A stretch of DNA of 64,000 bases from Lytechinus pictus (Eukaryota): the NCBI RefSeq assembly GCF_037042905.1, contig NC_087263.1:15502001-15566000 (forward strand), read 5' to 3'. Under the pieces are notes generated by a model. The model had not been told where the DNA came from. It made no database searches and worked only from the letters and a program-made list of their open reading frames with translations. The position numbers were made by a program, and so were the translations under genes. This document shows, in pieces, positions 1 through 14,400 of this stretch (positions are counted from its first letter, which is position 1; the number at the start of each line of letters is the position of its first letter).

Positions 1-1107
1 ATTTGTGCTCAAAAGTTAGTGAACCCTGCACAAAAATGCACTTGTTCATGCTGAGTGCTGAACGTAGACAACAACGGTACAATGTTCGGCGAGCCCAGAG
101 GAACACAACTTTATTAATGTAATTGTTTATCACCTGACTTCACAATTAAATATCTCAAACCTGGCATATCTTGAACACTTTAATATGTTCATTTTCTGGT
201 GTCGTTCACCTTCTAAAATAAGGTGAATGATCCACTCCTCGAAGGGAGTGAATAATATTTCACTTGATTAAGAGTGACTTTCACTTGTCTTTGAGTGAGG
301 TTCACCCTTAAAATAATAGATTTGTGTGAAACATCCGTACGTTCACTCTAAATTTACTCCAAACTGAATGTTTCTTGATTTCAGTACCAAGGAAGATAAA
401 AAGAGAGTAAACATTTTTTTTTCAAAGAAATATAAACTGTATTTATTTTTGATCGTTCAATGATATTGAATTGTAAAATAAATTATTCTATTGAATTAGA
501 AAATAGCTACTCACCAATTCAGATGACACAGAAGACAAAGAAAGACGGGAAATTATCCTCCATAAATTAACAGGTACATGTGTAGGCTAATGTATATCAC
601 GAGAAAAACAAATGAATATGATTGAAGGGTAAAAAGGGCGCGGATGATAACTCGTAAACGCGTTACTGCGCATGACCGTCAGTAGCGTGATCTGATTGGT
701 GGGTTGTATTGATTTCTGGAGAAAGAAGGGAATAAAAAAAGAAAGAGTTAGAGAGAGAGAAAAGGAGAGGAGGGAAAGAGTTGGGGGGAGAGAAGATTGT
801 AGAGAGTATAATAATATAAGTACTAGGCTAGGTACAAAATACTCGGATTTGTTTACAGGAAAATATAATTTCATAAATTATCCATAATTTCTGTTCGTAT
901 TTATATTTTACAATGCTAAATGGATTTAGCAATGCTAAAAGTTTTTTTTTAAATGTAATTTCAGACACGATCTATCAATCCAAGTGTGCTTCTAAATCCA
1001 TTTGTTATAAGGACGTCATTATAAACTTCATTTTCAACGTTATTTCTATAAGACGTTAGTACGGACTACACTGATAATCCGTCGTGTTTATAAATTCACT
1101 TACGCGT

Positions 1108-1219
1108 CATCATCATCGTCGTCATCATCATCATCGTCATCATCATAATCATCCTCATCATCATTATCATCCTCCTCCTCCTCCTCATCATCATCAACTA
1201 CAACAACAACAATAACAAC
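1108..1219. repeat. (CAT/CCT/AAC)n microsatellite
   Basis: Visible trinucleotide runs. Confidence 0.85.
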
Positions 1220-1801
1220 TGTGGAAAACAACTCTTCGCGCTTCGGGGTCGCTGAGCGATGTCAGAAGTTGACGCCCGTGACATATTCTGCCCAAATTTG
1301 GCAAAAGGAAGCTAGTGACACATCAGTCAAATTTGAGTTAATGTTGTTTCTGAAACACCCTTTGTATGTTGCACGTTCAGGCAAAATTTGAGGAAGAAAT
1401 TATTGTTCTATGGAAAGATATTGAAAAAAAAAGTTAAATTGCATTGATGCCTATAGATGTAAATGACGAACACACATTGCTCATTTACAACAAATGATAC
1501 TTTTGTAACTTGCTTCCTTTTGCCAAAGTACGGCAGTATTAGGATCGGTCCATGAATGATCCTACAAGGGTTCTATGGTATTTGCTCCGGCGACAATAAT
1601 GTTCCGCTGCAAATTCCACACATTAATGAAATGACCAACTTCAACCCTGGATCTAACACTCTACCCATCCAAACACACAACGTAAAACCCTATTGCAACC
1701 CTGACCCTATATCTTAGACGAAATAAAGCTCGGAGCAATTGTCGCCAGAGCAAATGTCGTGTCACCCCTAAAAGAAGCTTGACCTGCGGTCACGGCCTCC
1801 A

Positions 1802-1975
1802 GGTGGGTGTTTCATAAAGCTGTTCGTAAGTTAAGGGCGACTTTAAGAACGACTGGTGAACCCTTCTTATACGCGCTAAACAATCGCCAATTCAATAATA
1901 TTTACCACAAGAAAGGATCACCAGTCGTTCTTAAAGTCGCTCTTAACTTACGAACAGCTTTATGAAACACCCACC
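1802..1975. mobile_element. Palindromic MITE (Harbinger-like)
   Basis: Long TIRs ggtgggtgtttcataaagctgttcgtaag...cttacgaacagctttatgaaacacccacc; related copies at about 43040-43200, 49410-49865 (interrupted) and 62370-62437 (partial). Confidence 0.8.
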
Positions 1976-2100
1976 CGTGTTGATCTTGGTCTCATAAATG
2001 GGAAGATATGCAAACTACAGTGTGATAATTTAGCTCCGACGATTTCAACATTTTGTGCTTGTCAAACATGGAGAACTCGTGTTATGATATTGACCAAATT

Positions 2101-2950
2101 TCAATTCATTTATTTATTTAATACTTTCATTAAAAACAAACATATATAAAGACATAATAACATAGACAATATATAATAGAAATAATTATGACATTAATAG
2201 TAAGCAAAACGATACGAAGAAAAACAAGAATGAAAAATTACTTTACTCGGATAGAAATGAAAATATAAGGAGTGGCAGAAAGGCTGAGCCTTTGAGCCTT
2301 ATATAAAAGCCAAGCTCCAAACATGATTATAAACCAAAGTATAAATAACCGATCTAAACAAAAGATAAAATTTAAAAGGTACGTGCATACATGCAATCAT
2401 CAACACCTATTTACAAAAAAATGGACAAACACACAAACACACCCACACACACCCTCTCACACATACACCAAACACACATCTTATTGAGTAAAATCATTCC
2501 ACCTGTGAATAGTTTTGAAGTAAATAAAATTTCATTTTCCTTTTGAAACTATTTAATGATGGGCTTAATTTTATATCTAATGGTATGCTATTCCAGATTT
2601 TGGGACCTCTGAAAAAAATATTATTTTGAGAATTTGATGTTCTTACTAAGGGCATGTTAAATTTTTCTGCATACCTGGTTTGATATCCATGAATATCTTT
2701 ATTCAACTGAAAACATTGTCAAAGAGAACTTGGTAAGATTTTTTTTGTAGCATAAATACATTAAAATTGCACTATAATGATAAATATATAAATCAGGCAT
2801 TCTCAGAGTTTTCAGGCTATGAAAGAAAGGCATGGTATTGGCAAGATATTGGCTATGTGTAACAATTCTTATTATTTTTTCTGCAACAGTAGAAGTCTAT
2901 TTGTATTCTGCATACTGGAACATGCCCATATGATAATACAATAATATAAT
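2101..2950 (-). mobile_element. 5'-truncated LINE, CR1/L2 group (end of RT ORF plus 3' UTR)
   Basis: Minus strand reads YCIIIWACSS...LQKKIIRIVTHSQYLANTMPFF...HGYQTR...RGPKIWNSIP...SFKRKMK, similar to the ORF at 51628-52974; aaataaatgaattga tail near 2101. Confidence 0.85.
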
Positions 2951-5390
2951 TATCGTAACTGCTCTTCAATGTATTTTAATAGCATTATTAAGCGCCTTTT
3001 GCATATCCCCACTTGCTCTTTTGTATTTTATTACATGAAATTAGGTTTGTTCAAAATTTTCCTACCAAGAACTAAAACAATTGGATTGAAAATTGATTAA
3101 GTGCATGAGTTATTTATTTCATCATAAAGGAGACCCATCATTTACACATGTATAAAAATGAAACATTTATGATTTCATGTAATAACATTTGAAAACGGAA
3201 ATTGGAGATGTGACATCATCAGCCCACCTAATGAATATTCATGACGATGTGCATATAACTGTTTTCACAAAATATTGATAAAATTTAATAACTTCGTTAT
3301 TTGTTGTCTGATTTTGATGAAATGTTCAACATTTTGCTCTGTGAATTTTACTCTATTTATTTAGAAATGAATATTTTCAGCCCGGACCATCTCTGTAAGC
3401 TATAACAAGTTGTATTTTGAATGGGCAATGCTAAAAAGGAGGGGCGTATTCGCCCTTTGCACCTCGCCTGCATGGATCCGCCACTTGTACCCCAATTATT
3501 GATCCCTCGTTATGGGACATCCACAATAGTGCATACCGCACTCTCATAATTCTGTGAAATACTCATTCATATATTTATTTCTTCTCATCCTTTCCATATT
3601 CAGCACAACGCCCGGGGGTTTTCGTTCAAAAGAAAGCATTCCGATTCGGGCTCATGATTTCGCACAATAATCGTAAATTGCATCGAACTTGTCGATGACA
3701 CCCGTGACATGGTACACCCACTTTGGAAAACAAAAACACGGTTTACTTACCGCGTCCCAGTCAAATATATTGCTGTACACACGCGTGACAAAAAAAAACG
3801 CTTTTAAAGGGGGTGTTTTTTCAGTTTTGGACGCGGGCCGCGCGTGCACTCGTAAAGGGTATCAAAAACACCGATTTTCAAAAAGGGGGTAGTTTTGAAA
3901 ACTGGTCAATGGTCAATCGCAGGGTCAAACGTGTTTAAGGTATGTTTTTTCCCCCAAGCTTTTTCCCCGGGGTCATATTCTGGCGACAACTTGTTTAGGG
4001 GCCAAAATGCGAAAATAAAGCCCTCGAAAAACTTGTTTAGGGTGTTATTTTGCACACAGAGAAAAACTTGTTTAGGGGGTGTTTGGAAATAATTTGGCCA
4101 CGCGTGTGTACAGCAATACATTTCATTTCATTTCCAACATGATAATGTAAGAAATACAACATAGTATTCATGCAAACAATATTCATTGACATAATATTTC
4201 TTACATAGTATTTGGTTTCCACGAGTAGATTATTAGCAAATAGGCAAATTATAATGCGTTATCAACATCTTTGGAAATTGAAGATCCACTAAAAAGTAAA
4301 GGTTGTAGTATTTAGACCTCGCCTTTCAGTGTGCAGTGCATGTGACTCAGTTGAGTTAAAAACAATCATGATCATTATAGTTCAATCTAGAATTGGGCTA
4401 TATGAATTTAATTATGATTCCTTATTCTATCGATTCAGGTTTTAAATTTTAGCTTGGATTCGTCCAAAATTTGAATTAAAAGGATTGACAGTATATGATG
4501 GCGCGCACATTTTTTGTCTTTTAATCTATCATCTTTTTGTACCCTTTCTTGCGATTACTGGAAACATAATGAGAGAGTGGGCCAAAATGATTATCGTTTG
4601 GTTTGTAGTGATTTAGCTTGAAGAAGTACGAGTTTATACTCATAAAATATGCATACCGATATTTTGCATAGAAAATGAAAACTCTGTTCAGAATCGGGGC
4701 GACAATAGTTGCAAATCAAAATAAATGCCAAGGATTAAACACATCTAGAGCAAATTCCGATAGGGACTCGACCTATGCATTCCAATAGAAATTTCCCGTT
4801 TCGCCTCGCATGGAAATCTCCAAAAGGGTCAAAATCTCTATAATTATTTCCATATTTCTATTATACGCAACGAGCGACATAATACAGTTTATTTGCATGA
4901 TAAACTTCGGGACCGGTACGGGTGTTTTGTTATTAATGCACGGCAGCGTGAATGTCTTCCAAAAGAAACTTGGGTGTGTTACGAATAGAGTTATGGAGGA
5001 AAAATGCAGTATCATATTTAGAACACCTTGAAATATGTAATATGAATCGTATATGGAATTGTGGCGTGCACACACAACAGGAGTGTATGTCCCTACGTGC
5101 ATCGATCGCTGTACATTTTGGGCGTGCCGGTCCAGAGGGATCAAGTGCAAACTTCTCGAACTTTTAATTCACTTGCCCTCTTACCAAAGCAAAGATAAAT
5201 GAATTCTAACCACCACTTTAAACCAACATTATAGTGAGATTTTGAGAGTTTTGAAAATTGGATTCCCTGTCGGAGAGTTTTAGGGGTGCAAAATCAGACT
5301 TCTGTTCATGTCTATCAAACCAGGGTATCTTACATTTCGTGGAGTTGGGGTGTGAGTTTACCCCCCTTGCGGGGTGCGACCTTTACCAAT

Positions 5391-5435
5391 ATGGATTCAC
5401 GGATATCAATCTTTATCGGGTTCTGTCTCGTGTCG
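5391..5435 (+). CDS. Exon 1 (coding part): signal peptide MDSRISIFIGFCLVS
   Basis: ccaatATGG start context, TCG|gtaagt donor, phase 0; joins the phase-0 acceptor at 20198 to give ...CLVSLAIA/QTPG with an A-x-A cleavage motif. Confidence 0.75.
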
Positions 5436-8400
5436 GTAAGTTATCAATATATGTATATACTTACCCTTAGCTTTTTATTTCAAGTGCCTAGGGCCTAGCG
5501 CTAATTACAATTAAGATTACTGTATGCCATTTAAAATAACAATTAAAAAGATCTAGATGTGGGTAAAAGGGAAAGGATTATTCGTAGAGGGAGAACCTTA
5601 TATCAATATACCAAAAAGTTGGAAATATCTATCTTTGGTGCATGTAAGACCTCTTCAATACATAACCCAATAATAGCCTCTTTTATCTTCTATATAATCT
5701 GTATTTTGGTTCTGAGGATATGACATTTTCGTCATTTAATTAATCTAAATGACCAATTTCTCATTCTATAAAGTTTTTTTAATGTCTTTTCAATGTTAAT
5801 AGATTTTGTATGTACACAATACAAATACAAACAATGTAATAATTGATTTTACTCATCTGTTACTGTTCAAGAGAATAAAAAATGGAATAAAATACGGTAT
5901 CAATAAACCTGATGTAAATTGCATGAATAAGGGAAACTTATATAATATATAGACAAGAAATATAGCATAGAATTATTCAAGGCATTCGGTTATCGATACT
6001 TATTTGGGAAAACAGACGTTCTCCAATGGCATGACGATATGATAGTTCAACTATAGAAACCAAATACGATTTGAACAGTTACTCTAGTTTAAGCTAGGCT
6101 TCTATATCACAGTATGATTTATAATTACCCCCCCCCCAACTGAGCGCCCACTAATTTAGAAGACCGAGACATACATATAGTCTTTGGTACACTGTAAAAA
6201 CTGCGGTGTTAAAACTGACAACAGTTGGTGTTAATAGAGGACCATGCACACCCCGAGGTGTTAAAATTACACCCTAGAGATTAAAAATAACACCAAAGCG
6301 TGTAAATGTAACAACCAATGGTGTTGTAATGACACCTATAGGTGTAAAACTAACACCACCAATTCAACACCGGTGTAAAATAACTGGTGTGGTCCTCTAT
6401 GTACACCGGTTAACACCACAGTTTTTGCTGTGTAGGATGTCTTCGATCATGCTTTTATTGAGCCCATGACCACCGGTTTGTAAATTGGGTCTCTGCCTTT
6501 CTGCCACTTCGCTGTCATGTCACATTTACTTTATTACTTATTGACTCGGTAGGCCTATATGTTTACAGTTGCACGTCAGTAAATTGCGACATCATGACAC
6601 ATAAAAAGTTTCTATGCCTGCGATGATTTTAATGAAACATTCATAACAAATTATTGCCATAAAAGAGAAAAAGGGGAGATACAACTACATTTTATTCATG
6701 AATATAATGATTTATATCAAAATTAACTCGGAACTTATTGTACAATAAAAATACCAATTTATAATAATCGTATATAGAAATAAAGATTAATTGATGAGAT
6801 TAACAAGTTGACATTTAGACAATCATAATAATAATATATCATAATATTTCACAGATTTAAACAAGTATACAATTAATTAGAATGTAGGAGCATGGTATCA
6901 TAAGCAAAATAAACTAAGTTGTCTTTTAATAATTTGTATTTGGAATACCAGGTGGAAATTCTTCTTCTGAGAATTTTGATATTGTACATGCTAAACCATA
7001 CATATTTTCAACTATAGATGTTGTGTAAAAGGTTATTTATCATATTTATTATTTCAAAAGAAATAGAAATAACGGCGTGAGATAGAACGCACCATGAATA
7101 AGCAATAAAATGGGTTTATTGTAGATCTCGATGGATCGAGGCATATTGAGCTGATCTAAATTTTGTTTTGTATAAAATAATGTATAATATTGTTTGCAAT
7201 GTATTAAATGTATTTTGAATTTGATAATATGATTTGTGAAGAAATATTGAACATGTCGAATGAAGACTTTCTTTGAAAAAAAAAATGCTACATGAAACTA
7301 ACTTGACAGTTGATATAAAAATGTGCTCGATAAACAACTTTCATGTTATATTTTGAAAAAGTCTTTTGCAATGAATTTTAGTGCAACTCTTGTTAGGATT
7401 GTGACTTCGTTGGCATCTGGATTAATTAATTCAAAATATGCCTTACTTTGGCTCAAATCAAAATCAATTTCACAACGAAGAATACTATCTAAAGCACACA
7501 CCTATACTACAATACTACACACACAATTCGGGAGAAATTTGTCTTTCAGACCTTCATACAATTAATTATGTGTTCTCGACATGATTTGTCTTTAATTAAA
7601 TTGATGATTTGTGAGGCATTAATTGTTATCTGACTCATACGGTATTTACGAATGAGGAAGAAATCGTGTCATCGTCTTGCCCCCCCCCCCCCCTTCAAAT
7701 TGCCACCTATTTGAGAGGGGATGCATAACGGATATGAAAATCATAATTCAGTTTCCATTATCCTTTTCTATAAAGCATGATGGAAGTTGTTGTCTATCTT
7801 GTCTAAATAGCTTATATTAATTTTGACTCTCATAATCAATAATAACGATAAGGTTGGGTAGACATTTCGACGTATATGGGGGGGGGGGTAATGAATAATG
7901 TTTGTATGAGGTGCTTATTTCATTTGTGATTATACTACGTAATAACTTCGTACTCTCTCAGAAGTGAATTAAAAAACCGAGCATAGTTTGAGTTCAACGT
8001 AAACTGTAACCATTAGATAAAGAACTGACATAAGAGAGAAATTATCAATTGGATCCGTTATGTTATTGGTTAGAATGGCCTATGGTTTGGATAGGATTGT
8101 TGTTATGATAGAAAAATCGCAATGGAGAAACTTTAAATTGAAACAATGGCGATAACGGCCTGGATATCATATTCTCACCCAAAATAGACGCCCACACAGA
8201 CATGCCCCATCTAACAACACACACTCACACGCGTGCATATACTTCTGTCTGACCGTACCCTTTCCCACTTTTTTTTTTCAACATGTTTTTATTAAGGATT
8301 TCATTCAAATGGATTACATAAACTCCAGATAAATACAAAAAATTACAAATCTTCATTTTATATCAACAAGGATATGCAATAAAAAATACATATATATTTA

Positions 8401-11400
8401 CCAAAAACTGAAGCAAATAAGGACGGAATGAACTTCCTTAAGAATATACTTTTATATCTAAAAAAAAAAACTAACTAAACTGAGCCCCAACTCTCTATAT
8501 ATTCTAATAATAATTAATATTGATTGACGAAATGATTTGCAGGAAAACAGAAATCAACATACATGTATTATCATTGCATCCCATTTTACATCAAGTTTCA
8601 ACATAACTTTATATAATTATACACACATACACACACCAACCTTAACACCCACACACACATGCACATACCATACATACGTAAACAAACATAATATATACGA
8701 ATCTGTATGTTAACGTTTAACTTTTCGCGAAATAGGATACAGAAAGAAAAGAACCTGCAAATCATATTGATACAAGAGAAGGGGAATTGAAAAGAACTAG
8801 TAACAAGAAAAAAAGAAAATCATCAACATTCACACCAGGATTCACACTCGCACCACACTAGACACATCCCACCTGTTCACATTCAAATCTCTTTTCACCT
8901 TCTGTTCATCCCATTTCTGTAAATGTAAACTTAACTTGCCTTACTTCGTTGCCAGGCGACTTTCTTCCTCTATACATCCCATAATATATTTTTGTATTTT
9001 AATGAATGAAGGTACCCGGCCTTCAGCTCTGGAATTAAAAATTGCATATTTAATAAAAAGAATAACAAAATTGACACATTTAATTCTACAAGAATTTCCA
9101 GGTAATCCTAAAATATTTCCTTCCAATTGAAAGTTCTTAATTCAACTAAACAAAAATGATCAATACAAAATTGCCATAGAGGTTTAACTTTTATGCAATT
9201 CATGAGTATATGAAAGTACGATTTAGTTTTTGTACAACAAAACGAGCAGTAATTATCTCCCACGAAACCAAATCTCATCAAATGTTCTTTTTTATATATT
9301 TCTCCATGTAAAACCATAAACTGAAATTCCCTTTGTTTCCTTATAAGAGTTGTACTCCTGATATATCAAAATAATTTACAAATTTCTACATCAGTAAAAT
9401 TAAAATCACTGTGACCATCCTTGAGTGTTAATTTGTATAGCTCTTGTAGATTGGTAATGAACAAGTTATAAATTGTTTTTGATTTAATTACCTCAAAAGC
9501 TGTTTCCTGTTTTCCAATATTCATTCTTATCTCAAAGTCTACGAAATCAATTTTTTAAACTTTATTGGACTATTAAAATTTTTCCAACTTGCTGGTATAG
9601 CGTGCACAATATCTATTATTTGGAGAAGTTGATTCCCACACACGCACGCACACCCACCAGCACACCCTCTCATCCACACACACACCCTTATTTATTTTAA
9701 TGTACATAATGCCTTAGACCACTTTAACCCCGACTTAAAAATTTCATTGATGCTTGATACAAGAGCACGACCACGATCAAAGGTAGCAGCCTGTAATAAC
9801 GCAGTGCCTGCTGAGAATTGAAACCCCGGCTTGCAAAGTATGAAACCAGCACCTCGTTTGCCTTATATATCACACGATATATGGGAAGGTGGGGCATAAC
9901 CGGCATAACGGACTCTAGGGGCAAAACGGAATTTTGAAATTTGCACAAGTTAATAAAGTACGCCCTCTTTACAAATTCTTTGAAGCTAGCAGACGACATG
10001 GCGACATAAAACCATGAACTTTCATCAAGCAATATATGAGCACATCCGAGTAATGTCTCTTAAAAAAAAAGGAAAGAAATGCACCCTCGTGATCTAAGGG
10101 AAGGAGATGACTATAGAGCTATAAAATATGTAGTTGCTGTATCGATTCTTATATTAATCATTAAGATATCAACGTTAGACACACGTTTTTGGACGCCTTC
10201 TTTCCTTCGGGGATTTTGCATAATTGTAAACCTTTTATAAGAAAATACACCATTTTAAACAAAATGGACTGTAGACGTAAAAGACGAAATGAAACCATTT
10301 TGCTCCAAGTATGTTCCATTTTGCCTGAGTTGAAAATTACATTGTATATCACGCGCTTTAAGATCAGTTGCATTGTTTGTGGTAGTTCATGTAGTTGGAA
10401 CCTCAATAATAACGTTTAGGTGTATTGTTTGCAGGTCGTCATAAAGATGGCCATGAACTACAAGCGGAAAACGACAAGACAGACACGGGATGAAGAGGCA
10501 ATGAAGGGTGCCATAAAAGGGGGTGGGGTTCATTTCGCCCCAGTGGTGGGGCAAAAGGGATTTTTCTTTTGGAAAATAAATTCGAGTTTCTCTGGAATTT
10601 ACACCTAGAAATTCATGAATTCATTCATATAAGAAAAAAAGTACAAACAATATTTATCTGAAATTGTAAGTTTCATTGTCTTTGCGCCGTTAATGACGTC
10701 AAAATGCACCGCCATCCTAGGCAACACACTCACACCCAATACCCACACTCACACCCTTCCATAATTTGTCCTCACGCACGCACACACACACACTGTGCGC
10801 TAACACCAAGGACATATCATAATCGACCTATATTCTTTATTGACAAGATCATCATCATAATCGTCGTCATTATCATCGATATAATTGTCTTCATTGTCAT
10901 CATCGTAATCATCATCTTCTTCACCATCATCATCATCTCTATTATCATCGTCATGCCCATCATCATCATTATCTTCATAATCACCGTCATCATCATCATC
11001 ATCGACATCATCATCGTCGTTGTCACCATAATGATGTATATTATAACATTAATTCAAGTAAGAATTTTAATCATTATGTGCCATCATACACAATTCGAAA
11101 ACGATTATTATATATTCATATTCTGAAACATATTTGCTTTACAATAACAATCCGTCTTCCGCAAATTTTATGTTTAATGTACTGTATATTTCTGTTTTAT
11201 TGTGAAAATTTCTCTTTTATAGTTGCCATATGGAAAAGAAAACTAGATAATTAAAAGCAAGTAAAAAAAAAATCAAAGTCAAATATCAAGCCCTCTCTGG
11301 AAGATACTGCTGTTAACAGATTTACGACTTAAGAATGACAAAATTAAAAAAATCAGTCCGAATTGGTAACACCCATTATTCTGATTCAATGTTTCCTTAC

Positions 11401-14400
11401 GAGGAGTTTTATGAGTCATTAGGGCTCCGTATCACAACGGTTAGCGATTAATCGCTAAATGAAATGGCCTATCAAGATCATCGTTGCATGTGCATTTTGC
11501 CTTGTAGAGTGACTAGGAACCAATCAGAATTGTTATTTTAGCGATTAATCGCCAACCTTTCTGTGACGGGGCCCACTTTAGTGACCATGCTTCGTCAGGA
11601 AGCATCTTTTTTGCAATCACTACGTAAACCTTTTCTTCAATGCATCTATTCTTTTGAAAATGCAAGTCAAATCTCAGTGGACAGCTGAAAGGTTTTTGTT
11701 GAAAGTCGGTTGACTTCGACATCCAGCAAATCGTCCGAGGATTCGGACCGGGTGAATAATTGTAAATATTTCGTTACGGTCCAGAGTCCAGGACGAAATA
11801 GGTTTCTTGATGCACCGATTTTCGACAAAGACTGTTTTGTCATTCTCTGCGTTATAGAAAGAGTCTGCAGAGTGATTGCGAAAATGCTCTGGGGTCTGTT
11901 GCAGAAAGAGTTGCGTTTAAACGCAAGTCAAAAAATCAATCGCAAGTCCCAAATTATGCGCGCTGTTGATTGGTTGAAAATCAAGTTACGCATGATTTTT
12001 ATAGTTGCGATTGATTGCAACTCTTTCCGCAACGGGACCCTGGTCGTAGTAGTACCGCGATTTTCGACCAGAAAGGATACAAGAGAGTGACTATGAGGGA
12101 GAGAGGGAGGGGGGGGGGAGAGTACTGTTGTAAACGCTTTAAAAGGGTGGGAGCGGGGGGTACTCAACGCTAAAACTAATAAAACTCCAATCCCTCTTTT
12201 TCATATCTAAAAATATTTTGGTTCAAGATTTGAAAACATGACATAATATAATATATGAAGGTAATACAATAATACACAGGGTGTTTCTACATAAAGGTAA
12301 CCTAAGTTCAAAGGTCAGTATAAGATTTCGATTCTACATAATTGACTAACTCATCAAAACCAAAACCAAACCCTTACAACAAAGTTGGTTTCGTGCATGT
12401 AACCTCAACTTGGGAAAAGTAGGTTTTGTAGCTGCAAATACTCCGGTGTTGATTTAACACCAGCCCGGAATCTATATGTCCACACGAGAGAAGTATTGAA
12501 ACAAAAGACCAGTTTGGAATCAACCCGATGCTATTTTATTACTAATTGGTGTTGTATAAACACCTATCTGGTGTTAGAACAAAAATGAAATTGGCGTGGA
12601 CATATATAGATTCCGGGCTGCTGTTAAATCAACACCACAGTTTTTGCAGTGTACTCTTCGCCTTCGAAGCAAGGTGACAAATTAAAGTTGATGACTTACT
12701 CAATTATGTAGAATAAAAATCACAAGAATCAATAATGTATTTTTAATAATTATGGCTAACCTTTGAGAACTTCGGTTGCTTTTTTTTCATAGAAAAATCC
12801 TGTACATAAAAACTTTATAGTTTATTGCAATATTTATAGGTCCTTGCACACATTAGTTATTATTATTGTTACAATTTTGAAGCAGAAAATTGATTATGAT
12901 TATAATATTATGCAAAAAAAAACATACAACTGATATTTTGTAATCGTTAATACAAAAGTAAGGCGCCGGGGCCGATTCATCAACTCTCCCCTTTCAAATT
13001 CAATAATGTATTGATCAATATAAAAAAAAATTGCCCTTCAATAGCGGTATGAATTACCTTTCGAATAAAAATCATGCATTTCACACACTAGACTATTGAA
13101 AGAAACGGGTAAAAACCTTTCTTTTACAGTCCTAATATAGACAGGAATTAGGAAGTATGATCATTAAAGCATGCAGTGAGGAGCAGCTGAAATGAAACAA
13201 AGATGGAAAATTAGAATAGCATGAAAAGTAAAAAGCATGAAATAAGCTGGGTAGGCAAAATCGATAACGTATTGTTAATCGGAGGAAAAAAAACCTCGCG
13301 TTGTTAGAATTAAAAAAGGGCACTAATCAGGCAAAAACGGGTCACATAAAAAAGCGGTGACCCCCCCCCCCCCCCGCATTTCGCACGAAGTCCACAGAGA
13401 TACGATCTTACGTATACGTAAGCTCCCGAAGGGAGCGACGAAGTCTTAGTGGGATGCCCTCAACGTTGATAAATAAAAAAATAGGAGAGCGAAAATTAAA
13501 AAGCAGACGACAGACATAGAAAGCGCGAGGTGTGATGCCTGAATCAGGGAAGTATTATAACACTTCCCTGCCTGAATGATGGCCTGTTTTGCCTTTTGGA
13601 ATGGAAGGGTGAGCTCCCCTACTCGATCATGTCGATCGTATGTCATTGTAAGCACCTCTGAGTGGATGAATTTTGATTCGATCTATCTTGAATTGAGGTA
13701 ATTGGAAATGGTTCATTTATTAATTTGGGGCATGATTTTTATTTTGTTGGGTCTTCAGTTCAAGACTCAGACAAGACCAAGCCCTCATCACGTCTCGGAC
13801 AAACCCAGGGGCAGGGAGCTCCCGCCCGCGCAGCGGGCGGGAGCCCAGGGGCTTACGGGAAATTATAAGATGGCAAATATAGCGATCTTAAACGCTTATA
13901 TATAAGCGTCGAAATTTATAGCCATCTCCTTGTATTAGTCTATATTATACGACGTGTCAAATTGTAGCGAACTAGTTCGCTATTTCCACCTCTCCTACAT
14001 ATACGATAGGAAATTGTAGCGAACTAGTTCGCTATTTTTCGGATCTCCTCGATATATACGATTGGAATTGTAGCAAACTAGTTCGCTATTTTGGATCTCC
14101 TTGATATATAGACGAGGGGAAATTGTAGCGAACTAGTTCGCTATTTCCAGATCTCCTCGATATATACACCAGTGGGAATTGTAGCGAACTACTAAATAGT
14201 TCGCTATTGTTTGGATCTCCTCGATATATAGACGAGGGGAATCTTAGCGAACTAGTTCGCTATTTTCCAGATCTCCTCTAGGGCCTATATATACGATGGG
14301 AATTGTAGCGAACTAGTTCGCTATTTTTTCGGATCCCCTCGATATATAGACGAGGGGGAATTGTAGCGAACTAGTTCGCTATTTTCCAGATCTCCTCTAT

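Noticed and set aside
6800..7570. Second L1/Tx1 relic on the minus strand
   Set aside because: Only faint similarity (EHIFI); too degraded to delimit.
10704..11126. Hydrophobic poly-Ile ORF
   Set aside because: (CAT)n microsatellite.
13421..13450. Helitron 3' end (gctccc-gaa-gggagc ... cttagt)
   Set aside because: Short hairpin, terminus is not canonical CTRR and no 5' end was found.
13702..13905. Signal-peptide-like ORF MVHLLIWGMIFILLGLQ as first exon
   Set aside because: No good donor and it runs into repeats; 5391-5435 fits phase and consensus better.
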